Source: Vicugna vicugna
Lineage: Eukaryota
Assembly: GCA_013265495.1 (NCBI GenBank)
Contig: MU058844.1
Span: 4,455,535-4,519,534 of the forward strand
Length of the DNA: 64,000 bases
Direction: 5' to 3'
Below the pieces are notes generated by a model. It worked only from the letters and a program-made list of their open reading frames with translations. It was not told the DNA's origin and ran no database searches. The first letter of the stretch is position 1. The number at the start of each line of letters is the position of its first letter. Made by a program: the position numbers and the translations under genes. Shown here in pieces: positions 1 through 11,789 of the stretch.

Positions 1-5
1 AATCG
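1..5 (+). CDS. CEP290: CEP290 exon 14, last 5 nt (partial)
   Basis: AATCG|gtatgt donor; phase 0 joins E-S to G-V-Y-G of the next exon. Confidence 0.8.
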
Positions 6-719
6 GTATGTATTTTTATCTCGTCAATCAAGGAGTTTAGAATTATCCTTGCCATTTACAGTTAGACTTCTCTGTGCCACTTACTGTGTACCATTTAAAA
101 ATATTCCAGAAGTATGATGGAGGTTATTGTTGACTTATGCTGAAATTTTCAAACTTCCGCATAGCATTTACTTTTTGGCAGAATTTTTTTCAAACCATTT
201 GGTTAAACCATTTTGCCCAGGTAATCAGCTTTGGCGAGGCAGCAGGATTAGATTCTTTGTAATCTATGTCATTGTACCACCACGTAGATTTGACACCACT
301 GATCAGTTGTATAAAAGTTGTAACAGGGACAGTTTTGCTGCCTACTGTGCCAACATGGCCTTATCTTGCACTTTTGTATTTTTAAATCTGATTACTGCTA
401 GGTCAGGCAACTAATAACTTACATATTCTAATGGTATTGCTGATTCTCCCTTACTGTTCCTTTTCTATATTTTGTTATGTGTTTTATATGTAATATTCTG
501 AGTCACTTTGTCATTAGGATGCTGTACTGGGAAATTTCAGCTGTCCATTTCCCATTATTAGTATTACTGGATTTGTTTTTTAAGAGTACAGTAAAATATA
601 GTTTAGAGAAATAAATCTTAGATATATGTACACTTACCCTCAGATTTAATGAGAAAGTAAATTCATGAATTTGATATTTCAAATAATGTTATATTTAAAT
701 TATATTGGGTATTTTTCAG

Positions 720-882
720 GGAGTTTATGGTTTAGAAGAGGCTGTTATTGAAATAAAGAATTGTAAAAACCAAATTAAAATAAGAGATCGAGAGATTGAA
801 GTATTGACAAAGGAAATCAATAAACTTGAGTTGAAGATAAATGATTTCCTCGATGAAAATGAGGCACTTAGAGAGCGTGTGG
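720..882 (+). CDS. CEP290: CEP290 exon 15 (163 nt)
   Basis: ttttcag|GGAGTT ... GTGG|gtaagc; [16 protein letters not shown]...LRERV. Confidence 0.96.
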
Positions 883-2356
883 GTAAGCCATCTAAAATAT
901 GTAGTTTGCTCAACCCTAATTGTCAAGTCATTTTCTTGTTTTTTCTTTTTGTTTAGTATTATTTTAAAATAGTTAGATGCTTTTTTCCCCCAAATAAATC
1001 TTTCTATAAAAATATTTAAAACAAGTAAAAGTAGAGCTGTTCCAATTGAAGTGAATTATGAATTTGATGCAGTTGGAGCAGTGGATGGGCAGACCAGGAG
1101 CACTGCTATATTCAGTCTGGGATCTCCTCTGTAATAATTGCTTGTTTGAAAAATGAAAGTCTAATAAGTTAATATCCCACATTAGAAGTTAACCTTTTTG
1201 TCAACAAAAGTAGTTGGTTTGCAAAACGCTCTAGTTTCAGATGGATGCACGGGAACATTTAGAAATACTGTTTAATCATTTTTAAGACTTAAATACTTGA
1301 CTTATAATTTAGACTGTTAAGTTTTAATTGGGTTGAGTGTTTTAAGGTTACTATTGATTCTAAGAAGTAATTAGTAAATATAGCTTGAAAGTTTATATGC
1401 TGATATCAATAAATAGTTCAGTAGTAAATATTTCTAATTTGAATGTTATGACTGCAATCTAAATTGCTACTTTAAAATACAAAAAAAGATCTGAACAATG
1501 ACTTAAATACCAGTGGTTTCTTAGAGTTTAAATGATTACCTTTAAAAACTATTCTCTAAATAAAGGGGGAATAAATATTTTATACATATTATTTATTTGT
1601 AAAAAAAAAAAAAAAGCATCTAACTGGAACACAGAATCATGCCAGAACTTCAAGTTAGACTTCTAATATACTCGGCTTATCAATCACAGCCAACTTCAGT
1701 TTCGGCTTTCCTAAAGATGCCTGAGCTGTGTAGATAGCTGTCACAAACACCAGATTTTCCAAATTTCAAAGGCTCGAAATCTTGATTTATAACTACTTGA
1801 GACAGTCTTGATATCTGGTTTTCAGAGCATAGTGCTTAGTAATTGGAAGTTAGGAAAGAGGCACACTGAGAACATCAGGCTAGTCATGATAATGTAAAAG
1901 TCATGATATTAATGATGCCTACTCTGTGCCAGGCACTGTACTAAGTTCTTTATTTGGGTAAATTAATTATACTCCTGACAACAAGCCAAAAATATAAATA
2001 CAGACATACATATAGTGTTATCCCTACAACTCAGTTAATTGTTGAAAGTAGAAATTGAAGCTAAGTCTTGCTTTATTCCAAAACTTCTGTTGTTAATACA
2101 TTATAGTACCTCTGTGACAGTTCAACGTGGAGAAAACAAATCATAATATTTCCATTAATAATTGTGATAAAATTTTAGCTTGTAGTGTTACAGTTTGAAT
2201 TTCTGAAAAATTCTTCTACAAAAGGTAACCCATTTTTCAATGATGCTGACTAAATAGACTGCAACCTATTGCTTGATGATAACCAGTTGCTGTATGAAAT
2301 TTTTGTAGTTTATTTGAATGTTAATAAGGTTTCAATCATATTGCATTTTATTTTAG

Positions 2357-2457
2357 GCCTTGAACCGAAGACAATGATTGATTTAACTGAATTTAGAAAT
2401 AGCAAAAGTTTAAAACAGCAGCAGTACAGAGCTGAAAACCAGATTCTTTTGAAAGAG
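2357..2457 (+). CDS. CEP290: CEP290 exon 16 (101 nt), GC donor
   Basis: ttttag|GCCTTG ... AAAGAG|gcaagt; [16 protein letters not shown]...LLKE. Confidence 0.93.
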
Positions 2458-2529
2458 GCAAGTGCAGTAATCAGTTGGTTATTTTCTTGGTTGAAGTAAA
2501 GAAAAATACTAATAATTTACACTTTGTAG

Positions 2530-2617
2530 ATTGAAAGTCTAGAAGAAGAACGGCTTGATCTGAAGAAAAAAATTCGTCAAATGGCTCAAGAAAAAGGAAA
2601 AAGAACTGCAACTTCAG
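2530..2617 (+). CDS. CEP290: CEP290 exon 17 (88 nt)
   Basis: tgtag|ATTGAA ... TCAG|gtatac; IESLEEERLDLKKKIRQMAQEKGKR; preceded by a 72-nt intron. Confidence 0.95.
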
Positions 2618-3634
2618 GTATACTCAGTTATTCCAAACCTTTAAAAGAATCAGTGGAAAATGACTCATCTAAATCTGAAATTTTTTGTTCTGTTCGAAAT
2701 ATTTTTACTATATGACTATGGTTTTGCTACAAGTTTAATAAATGAAAATAATGGCCTGATGAAGGGTATATGAGTGTCATTGGGTTCAGTCCTAAATCTG
2801 AAACAGGTGAAAAGAATAATAAAATAAATAAAAATAAGTAAACAAAAAACAATATTAAAATCATGGACTCTTGAAAAATTTACAATGTAGTCTGTATTAA
2901 TTTCTAAATAATCCCAATATGTTATAATTAGTAATGATAAAACTTAGTACTTTCCATGTTAATATATATTATTGTTAATATTTTCCTTTAAGAGTTATGC
3001 ATTGGAAGCATTCTTTTTACATTATTCTTTACTAAGTGAAAGTAATGTTTTACTGAGTAAAAATTAACTTTTTTTTGGTTTATATTATGTAATGTAAAGA
3101 GAATAGTTGGTTTAGTTTTTTAATAGCTATTGCAATGCTTTTTTGTAAGAAGACCATAGAAAAGGAGGAATTTTTTTTCCTAACTTGGCCCAAGTCCACA
3201 AGTGTCTATGAATAAAAGAAGGTTTTTTTCTGTTTTTTTCTTTTCTTTTCCTTCCTTTTTTAGCATTATGGTCCCTATAGTACATCAAAAAATTTCAAGA
3301 CAGGCAAAACTTCATAATTTAGTAACCAGTTTAGTTGTTGTTTGTGATTCTTGTCTACTTTTTTAACATGTGTCTTTTAACTATTTTAGTATTTATTCAT
3401 AAGGGCAAAGAATGATAGAGAAGGTAAAGTTTGTATTCATTTCTCATTAATAGCTTATTAAAAGTGAGCTAAATTAGGTGATTATATAAGCTACATGTGG
3501 GACAAAGATTTTGGAAATAATAATTCTACCTTTTGTTTGGGTTAAAACTTGATTCTACTTCTTACGAATTAAAGTATTGGAATAATAGGAGAATTATTTT
3601 TATGTTTCTAATTTGTTAATTCTTTTATGTGTAG

Positions 3635-3747
3635 GATTAACTGTTGAGGACCTGAATCTAACTGAAAACTTTTCTCAGGAGAATACAATGGGAGAAAGAA
3701 GATTTGATTTCATGAGTCTCAAAAATATGAGTGAAGCACAATCAAAG
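3635..3747 (+). CDS. CEP290: CEP290 exon 18 (113 nt)
   Basis: gtgtag|GATTAA ... TCAAAG|gtaaac; LTVEDLNLTENFSQ...MSEAQSK. Confidence 0.94.
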
Positions 3748-3930
3748 GTAAACATATTGTTATGGCAAAGAGAATAAAGAAAAATAGTATTATGAGTGCT
3801 TTCATTTCTGCCCTCATCTCATTTTAGACCTTGCTGCTTTTTATACTTGTTAAATAAAAAAAAAAGTTTTATGTAAATAACCTGTTGATCCCAAGATTGA
3901 TTAATGAGGCATTATTTACTCTGAATACAG

Positions 3931-4701
3931 ATTAGGAGTTCAGATAAAGTAGAGCTGCTGCATAGGAGACCATCATCCAATATTCCACAGTCATATCAGA
4001 ATGAGCCAGAAGAGAACATGACCATAGGATCATTATCAAGAATGTTACCTGTAATCCATCATAGTGTAGAAAGTGAAGTGGATCCTTCTGCCTGTTTAAG
4101 TAGACATTCTTCATCTCTACAAGTAAAAGATATTTCATCTCCAGAAACTATTACAATAAGGGAGATTTTTAAAGCACCCTGTCTACAATCTTTAAGAAAT
4201 CTAGAATCATTAATTAGTACCTTTAGTAGGGAGAGTCATGAAGAAAAAAACGACTATTTATACTCTCTTTCTGATGACTCAATGAAGAAAGTGTCAAGAA
4301 GCCATCAGACACTTGAAAAGACTAATTTCACACAAAAAAGTGCTGCATCTTTACAAGCCTTATCAACAGCTTCAGACTTAATGCAGAGGTTACCAGTTAG
4401 GCAAAAATCTGCAATATTTTGTCAACAAATTCATGATAATAGACCTGACTTGGGTAAATCACAAGTAGCAACATCAGAAGATGAACAGGTTCATACCCAA
4501 ATAAAATATGCTGATACCAATTTGAGAGAAGACATAAGGAAAAGTGAAATACCCTTACAGACAGAGATTTTGAAAAGTAAACTTGAAGTTAGTGTTCGAG
4601 ACCCTGTACCTACGACTACACAGTCAAAATTATCTCAGATAGATCCACTGGAAAATCTTATAGAACAGCTACGGACAGAACTAGTATTTCTTACGTCTCA
4701 G
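3931..4701 (+). CDS. CEP290: Putative alternative CEP290 cassette exon '18a' (771 nt, 257 aa, Ser/Gln/Glu-rich)
   Basis: atacag|ATTAGG ... TCTCAG|gtgagc; stop-free in the CEP290 frame, phase 0/0; contains most of ORF 4018..4743. Confidence 0.75.
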
Positions 4702-4920
4702 GTGAGCTTTCTTCCAAATTACATTTCGGGGATTGCATTTTAATTCTTTTCTATTACTTCTCTAACAAAGTTCTGTAAGTAGTAATTATAATAAGAATTT
4801 TTTTTTCATGTTTGCACATTAACACTCATTTATACATATTCTGTTTTTTTTTAAATCTAAAAATGCAATACATTTGAAATGAACTCATTGACTTGCCAAA
4901 TTTATTAAATGTTTCTTTAG

Positions 4921-5013
4921 AATGAGGTCATAGCACAGGATTTATTGATCAAAGAAGTACAGATTAGAAATGCAGAAATAGAGCTTGAATGTCATAGAAA
5001 CCAGGCAGAACAG
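4921..5013 (+). CDS. CEP290: Putative alternative CEP290 cassette exon '18b' (93 nt, 31 aa)
   Basis: ttctttag|AATGAG ... GAACAG|gtagta; NEVIAQDLLIKEVQIRNAEIELECHRNQAEQ; phase 0/0. Confidence 0.7.
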
Positions 5014-5289
5014 GTAGTATAAAGGCAGATCGTTAAAAGAGTTGATTGTGGTACTAAAGACAAAAACGTTTATTATTTGTTTGGCTTTTGCCTTGGGTGT
5101 TGTGGGGAGGGAGAAGTTGGGAAGAGGATCATTATCTGTTTTACCTTTTAGATTTTTTTTTTTGTGACTGCTGCTATGTTTCTATAGCTTGTTTTGGGTG
5201 TGTGAAACCTCAATAAACTTTTTTTTTAACTTCAAAAGTCTAAATTATTGTTATTTTTTTAAAAATTGATTTTTTAATGTTTTGTTTAG

Positions 5290-5374
5290 AATGAATTTCT
5301 TTCAAGAGAACTACTTGAAAAGGAAAGAGATTTAGAAAGAAGTAGAACAATAATAGCCAAATTTCAGAATAAAT
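5290..5374 (+). CDS. CEP290: CEP290 exon 19 (85 nt)
   Basis: gtttag|AATGAA ... AAAT|gtaagt; NEFLSRELLEKERDLERSRTIIAKFQNK. Confidence 0.95.
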
Positions 5375-5639
5375 GTAAGTTACTATTCCTTATTTTTCTA
5401 TACTTATTTATTTTATACTGAAAATTATAGGTTTGAAGGACTTTAATACATTCTGTTTTCTAGTCTGTTTTAGCCTTAGTTTCCTCTGTAATGTATAGAC
5501 TTTTGTCTTTCCTTTATCTTGCTATATTCATCTTCAGAGAATGTTATTAACCTGAATTTTTTGTGATGATAAATAAGTCTATTTTTTCTCTTCTGTTCTC
5601 TTTTGAAAGTGAAGTTAGAAGAACCAGTTTAAAAGTTTA

Positions 5640-5836
5640 TTTTATTTTAGTTTAGTTTAGTTTTTAAACGTCAGTGCCTTTTTATTTCTTTTTTTCCATT
5701 TTATGTTATTTATTTATTCATTTGGAGGGTAGGTGATTAGGTTTATTTATTTATTTTTAATGGCAATACTGGAGATTGAACCCAGGATCTCATGCATGCT
5801 AAGCATGCACTCTACCACTAAGGTATACCTTCCTCC
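5640..5836 (-). mobile_element. tRNA-derived SINE (camelid Vic-1-like)
   Basis: Minus strand reads GGGAGGAAGGTATACCTTAGTGGTAGAGTGCATGCTTAGCATGCATGAGATCCTGGGTTCAATCTCC (A/B-box-like head), then an AAAT-rich tail; family name is from memory. Confidence 0.8.
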
Positions 5837-6113
5837 CTAAAAGTCTTTTTTTAATATAAAGTGAAGGTAAAGTATACTCATGATTTATTCCTTTCAGCCA
5901 TGCGATATATATGTATATGCACATAATTGAAACAGCTGTGAGATTTAACTCTACTATTCACACATTGCACTTGCTGAATTTTGGGGGCATTTATTTATAG
6001 TTGCATTTTACCAATGGATTATTTTTACTGTATATGAAATATTTGCCATCTCCATAGAATAGTGTAAAATATAAAAAAGATTTATTCATTCACTGAGAAA
6101 AATGTCATTCTAG

Positions 6114-6256
6114 TAAAAGAATTAGTTGAAGAAAATAAGCAACTTGAAGAAGGTATGAAAGAAATATTGCAAGCTATTAAGGAAATGCAGAAAGATCCTG
6201 ATGTTAAAGGAGGGGAAACGTCTCTAATTATTCCTAGTCTTGAAAGACTAGTTAAT
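6114..6256 (+). CDS. CEP290: CEP290 exon 20 (143 nt)
   Basis: ttctag|TAAAAG ... GTTAAT|gtaagt; KELVEENKQLEEGMKEILQ...LERLVN. Confidence 0.95.
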
Positions 6257-6299
6257 GTAAGTTATTTTTTCATATGAATGGTTTTATTTTGTTGTTTCA

Positions 6300-6468
6300 T
6301 CACTTTTAAGATGTTATTCCACTCTCTCTGGTCTGCGTAGTTTCTAATGAGACATTTGCTGTCACTTGAATTGTATCCCTGTATGAAATACGTAGTTTTT
6401 CTCAGGCTGCTTTCAGAAAACTTTCTCTTTTTGTTTGGTTTTCACTGGTTTGACTGTAATGCACCAAG

Positions 6469-6524
<56 letters not shown>

Positions 6525-6840
6525 TGTCTTGTCTGGGGCTTGCTGAGCTTCTGAATCTGTTTGCTTATGCTACTCAGAATTGGGAATTTTTCCACCATTA
6601 CTTTCTCCAATTATTTTTGCTGACCCATTCTTCTGAGACTCAATGAAACATGTTAGGCCTTTTGATACTGTCCCATAGGTCCCTAAGGCTCTGTTCATTT
6701 TTGTTTATTTGTTTTGTTTTAGGCTCTGTTCATTTTTTCCCCTAATTTTTAATCTTTTTTCTCTCAATTGGATAATTACTATTGATTTATCTTCAAGTTC
6801 ACTGATGCTGTCCTCTGTCATCTCCATTTTTCTGTTGTAA
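6300..6840 (-). mobile_element. Old antisense L1 (L1M-type) fragment, approximate limits
   Basis: T-rich sequence with typical antisense L1 phrases (tttccaccattactttctcc, ttcaagttcactgat...tctgtcatctccat). Confidence 0.5.
6471..6527. repeat. (GT)n microsatellite, ~23 perfect units plus an interrupted tail
   Basis: Directly visible. Confidence 0.97.
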
Positions 6841-9202
6841 GGTCAGCCTGAGACCTGGTAGAACTTTTACACAGAATTTGGAGCTCCCTTTTGCTGGCTC
6901 TTTTTTTTTTTTTTTTTTCTGGGACCTCTGGTTTTCTAGGCCGGAAGACAGGTCACTGTAACTGCAGCTTACCCATGCAGTAAAGCCTTAAAATTAGCAA
7001 ATTCACTCCTTGCTGGAACTGTCTTCCAAGTTTCAAGTCCCTTCCAAAATTTGCTTGCTTCTGTTTTCTAGAACAAACATGTATGTAGTAGTTTTTTGTA
7101 TTCAGCCCGTTAAATGTGGAAGGGTAGGTCTGTTAGGACCTTATGCCACAAGCCTAGAAGTGTAATAGAAGGTAATAAGAATATTTAAATATCTAAAGAG
7201 TTAAACATTGCTACAAGAAAGATTTTAACCATCAAATGACATTCTATTTATACTTACCATATAGGATCTTAAGAGTTCTATAGTATTAATGAGAGTCTGT
7301 TATAAGCTTGAATAAAATATCCATTTTTAGATTCTTATTATTTAAATATGTCATTTACATAATCTGAACATATTTAACATGCATTATTATACTATTATAC
7401 TGTGATTGATTTGATTAGAAAAAAATTCTTATTATTCATTGAGTTGCCTATTTAATGATGACTAGTGAATAGTTGAATACTTTTTTTTTTTTTAAAACAA
7501 TACCATATTGCTACCAGAGAAGAAGAGTGATACTGGTATGTTAAAAATTTCTGGGGCAAGAAAATGATTTGTCAAAATGTATGAAAACCATTTGATTCTC
7601 TTTATATGTTTGTTACTCATTCTGACTTTCCTTCTCTGGTTAGTGACTTTGTTTTACCTCTGCAATTTTGAATATCTAAATGATTCTTCATGCTTTCTTA
7701 TGTGAACATCTTTTGTCTATGATGCATTCTGTATCTTAATTCTGTATCTTAGAGCAAACTGTATTATACAAGGAAAACTACTTAGTGACCAGATAGAAGC
7801 AGAATGAATAGCCTAGAAAATCTGGACTTTTTCTGTTTCACTTGACAGCCTCTAACCGTCCCAGGAGTGCTACTTCTATAGATTTCAACTGCTTTTGTTC
7901 TGGGTTGTTATTTTATTATTTTTTTCTTTTTTTCTGATTGACGTGCCTTATCTGACACTAACAAATAACTTAACAATACTTCCTCTACGAAATCTTCAGA
8001 ATCAGTTACACTTTAGATCAGATAATTTCAGTTTACACACTTCAGTTCACTTTCTATTGCTACAGGATATTTTTCAGGTCCCCTAATCACCATCTAATTC
8101 AGTCTCATTTTACCAAAGGCCGTAGAGTCAACATGGTGCTCTTTTTCAGCAAGACAGCTAACTAGACTACTTTGCCATCTGTCAGAGTATCTCCTCTGCC
8201 TACTTCTGTCTTTCTGCTATCCCCTTTGAATTAGTATAGCTTATTACTCCATGTAGTCTGTTCTGACCTCCTTGGGGTAAAGACTTACTTTTACAAACCT
8301 ACTGCCCTGAGTTAATCCCAGAGCAACTTCCTGAGTAGATTACATGTGCTTTTACTCACCTTTCCTTCTTTATCTTCTGCCTTCATTTCTGAAGCTTTAC
8401 TTTCCATTCAAAAGTTTTGTTCCATACAATTCTTTTAAAAGTCAAATATTTTTATATGTGTGTATTCTGTAGATGTATACATGGATGTAGGTATATTTAT
8501 GTATGCCATTGTTGGAGAATTAGGACCAGTGAATCCTCTTTGATAATATTTTAGTATTTGTCATATTATTTTTCCTTATCCAGCACTCTTAGATAACACT
8601 GTGTTATCACTTTGCCTTTGTTATTATATATGCTTCAACTGTGTGGAGAGGAAGCACTGAAAATTTACCTAATTGAGTGTAGTAGCTATTTCATTCCTTT
8701 GCTCATGCTTTAAACTCAGGTGCTGTACAGTTTCAAAGTATTTACATATAAATTATCTCATTTTGACTGTATAAAAATCTTGAGAAGTAGAAAGAGTTAA
8801 CATTATTTCCTCTTCTTTGGAGATAAGGAAACTAAGATAAGAAAACTAAGGTGTGAGGAATTTAAGTCACATGCCCAGCTAGTAAGAGATTGGTTCAGAT
8901 TTGGACTCCAGTCATCTTATTCCTGTCCAGTTGTTTTTCTGTTCTACCAGTCTGCTTGGATTAGCTAGATATTTGTTAATTGCTATAAGGAAGTGATTAC
9001 TATGCTTAGCAATACTGATGTATTTAAACTCGAGTCATACAAATTTAAATTTATGAATAAGAAATAGATTTGGCGTATTTTATTACACATGGCAATGAGA
9101 ATAGTAAAATGGTAAAATGCGAATTTTACTTAAAGGTGGATTATTTTACTATGATTTTGGTGTTTTTCTTCCCATTTCTTCAATATAATCTGAATATATT
9201 AG

Positions 9203-9367
9203 GCTATAGAATCAAAGAATGCAGAAGGAATATTTGATGCCAATCTGCATTTAAAAGCCCAAGTTGATCAACTTACTGGAAGGAATGAAGAATTAAGACA
9301 GGAACTCAGAGAATCTCGGAAGGAGGCTATAAATTACTCTCAGCAGTTAGCAAAAGCAAATTTAAAG
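9203..9367 (+). CDS. CEP290: CEP290 exon 21 (165 nt)
   Basis: attag|GCTATA ... TTAAAG|gtgaga; AIESKNAEGIFDANLHLKAQVDQLTGRNEELRQEL. Confidence 0.95.
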
Positions 9368-9753
9368 GTGAGAATTGTATTAAATAAAAGAAAATGCTAA
9401 GCTTATGAACAAAAGTTTAATGTGAAACATTTGATTTTTTTTAAATGACTATTTTATGAGAAAATGTCCCTTGAATTAATTCTTTCAACATTAGGAAAGC
9501 TTCTGTTCAGATTTTTGCATAAAATTAAGTGGAAAAATAAGTACTTTATAATATAAAGGGCTACGGAAATTCTACATGTATACATAGGCATTTCTAAGTA
9601 GAAACTAAAATATGATTTAATTAATTCTTAGCAAAGCATTCATCTACCTACTTTTTAAAGATATTCAGTAGGCGGTATAAATTACTGCTTTTAAATTTGT
9701 CTTTCTTTAGGTGTAAGAGATGTGATTCTCATTTCTGAACTGTTCATTTCCAG

Positions 9754-9903
9754 ATAGATCATCTTGAAAAAGAGACCGGTCTTTTACGACAGTCAGAAGG
9801 ATCAAATGTTGTTTTTAAAGGACTAGACTTACCTGATGGAATAGCACCATCTAGTGCCAGTATCATTAATTCTCAGAATGAATATTTAATACATATTTTA
9901 CAG
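9754..9903 (+). CDS. CEP290: CEP290 exon 22 (150 nt)
   Basis: tttccag|ATAGAT ... TTACAG|gtactg; IDHLEKETGLLRQSEGSNVVFKGLDLPDGIAPSSA. Confidence 0.95.
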
Positions 9904-10029
9904 GTACTGAAAATTTTATATGTGAATAACAAAAATAATTAATAGTATGTTTATAATTTAATCATCATGTATTCCTTTGAGTTCTTAGAATATTAACAGT
10001 GAGATACATTTTTTAAAATTTCATTTTAA

Positions 10030-10115
10030 TATTTTTAATGGAGGCACTGGGGATTGAACCCAGTATCTCTTTCATGCTAAGCATGCACTATACCACTGAG
10101 CTATACCCACCCCCT
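10030..10115 (-). mobile_element. tRNA-derived SINE (second Vic-1-like copy)
   Basis: ggggattgaacccag...atgctaagcatgcact..accactgagctatacc, homologous to the 5640-5836 copy. Confidence 0.8.
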
Positions 10116-11673
10116 GCCAAATATTTAACGGATTTTGTTGTTAGATGGAATGTTATGAATAAAAGCAATTTATTCCACTCATCTGAATGAGAAGCATGCT
10201 GACACATCTTAATGTGTGCCATTCATATGAGATATGTTATTGACAGGTAAAATAACATGCAGGTGTTATAAGCTAATAATGTATAAATAAGATAAACCCT
10301 TGTCTATTGCTGGTTGGGAAAGCAATTCAAGTGAATAAAAGTCTGACACAGCTTTTTAGTGTAATGGTTAGAATTGTTTTTTTGTGTGTGTGCTAACTAC
10401 AAGAAAAAACTTTTAAACAAAATTGTCCTTTATCTCTTTCTTCCCTTTACGCTGTAAAGTGTTAGTTAATCCATTAGCAAATTAGAAAGGGCACTGCCTG
10501 CCCTGTGTTTCTCAGTTTTGCTGTTTATATTATGGTCATTATAAATGGCCTAATGGGAGATGCTTTTCATTCTTTCATTTGAAATGTGAATATCCACAAC
10601 ATCACATACATTGCAAATACCATTACAAAAATGTGTTCAGAACCAATGAAAATACATTTTTGATTATAATGACTGCTGTTTCTCCTAGATAGTCCATTTG
10701 AGAATATACTTGAGTTATGAATATCAAGTACTTGTATATGTATTTGTAAGTTACATTAATTAATTAATCTTTTTTGAATATTGGAATTTGTACATTGTCA
10801 AGGAGGGACAACCTTAACTACTTACTAGAACATTAATTTATAAATCATCTATATCATTACTTTTAAATTTAGCACTCTTCATGACTTTATTTTTCTCCAA
10901 GACAGGAACACTGTCAATAATATCAGCATGGCATTGTCATGTTGCTTGAGATAAGATTCATATTTGTTTTTTCATCGTTATATACAAAAACGCATGAGAA
11001 GCATTGTAGTAGATTAGAGAACATTAACTGGGAATCTGAAAACGTGTTAAGAGTGGCAAAACAGGTGCTGGACTCCCAAACCTAAGGCAGCATAGAGTGA
11101 CAGAAGTAGCAAGGTCCTTGGAGTCAGACAGACCTGACCTTCAGTGTTGGATCTGTAAATACGTAAAGCACCTAGCCCCAGGCTTGGCATATGTGCTTAG
11201 GAAATGGTTACCAAGTGTGGTACTAATGAGTGTTTTAATGTTGAGTAAGTTACTTAATCCTTCTAAGTCTCAAGTTTCCTCATCTTCAAAATGAAGTAAT
11301 TGGAAAGGATAATTTGGGTGGAGGTATGAATGCGTATGTTCACAAAAGGGTGTCTGGGGCTGAGTAGCTCGGTAACTCGGGGTCCGTTTGTAACTACTGT
11401 AGCTGATAATTTGTATGGTTACTGTAACTGTCATATATGATGAAAATAATTTTACCTATTTTATAGCACTTCTTTTTTACACATATTGCCTAATTCTGTA
11501 TGCCTTAAACTAAGATGTTCAAAATAATCAGAGAAATGATCTATACTGCTTATGGATTTGCTGAATATTTTCTTTAATGTATTTTTCTATAATCTTGTCA
11601 GAATATATTATACCTTCAGATTTAAAATGTATTCTGATGCTTTTTTTCTCCTAATTTCTAAACCAACTTTTAG

Positions 11674-11789
11674 GAACTAGAATATAAAGAAAATAAGTTA
11701 AAGAATTTAGAAGATTCTCTTGAAGACTATAACAGAAAATTTGCAGTAATTCGTCATCAACAAAGTTTATTATATAAAGAATATCTGAG
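11674..11789 (+). CDS. CEP290: CEP290 exon 23 (116 nt)
   Basis: ttttag|GAACTA ... CTGAG|gtatag; ELEYKENKLKNLEDSLEDYNRKFAVIRHQQSLLYKEYL. Confidence 0.95.

Noticed and set aside
5765..5836. tRNA-like sequence (also 10040-10110)
   Set aside because: Degenerate head plus AT-rich tail identifies a SINE; no intact cloverleaf
6347..6646. ORFs with VCVCVC / HTHTHT runs (also 56716-57073)
   Set aside because: They are translations of (GT)n microsatellites
8353..8410. Minus-strand ATG...AAG|GTGAGT (MESKASEMKAEDKEGK) as the first exon of an antisense gene
   Set aside because: An isolated donor with no linked acceptor or exon chain found; expected by chance
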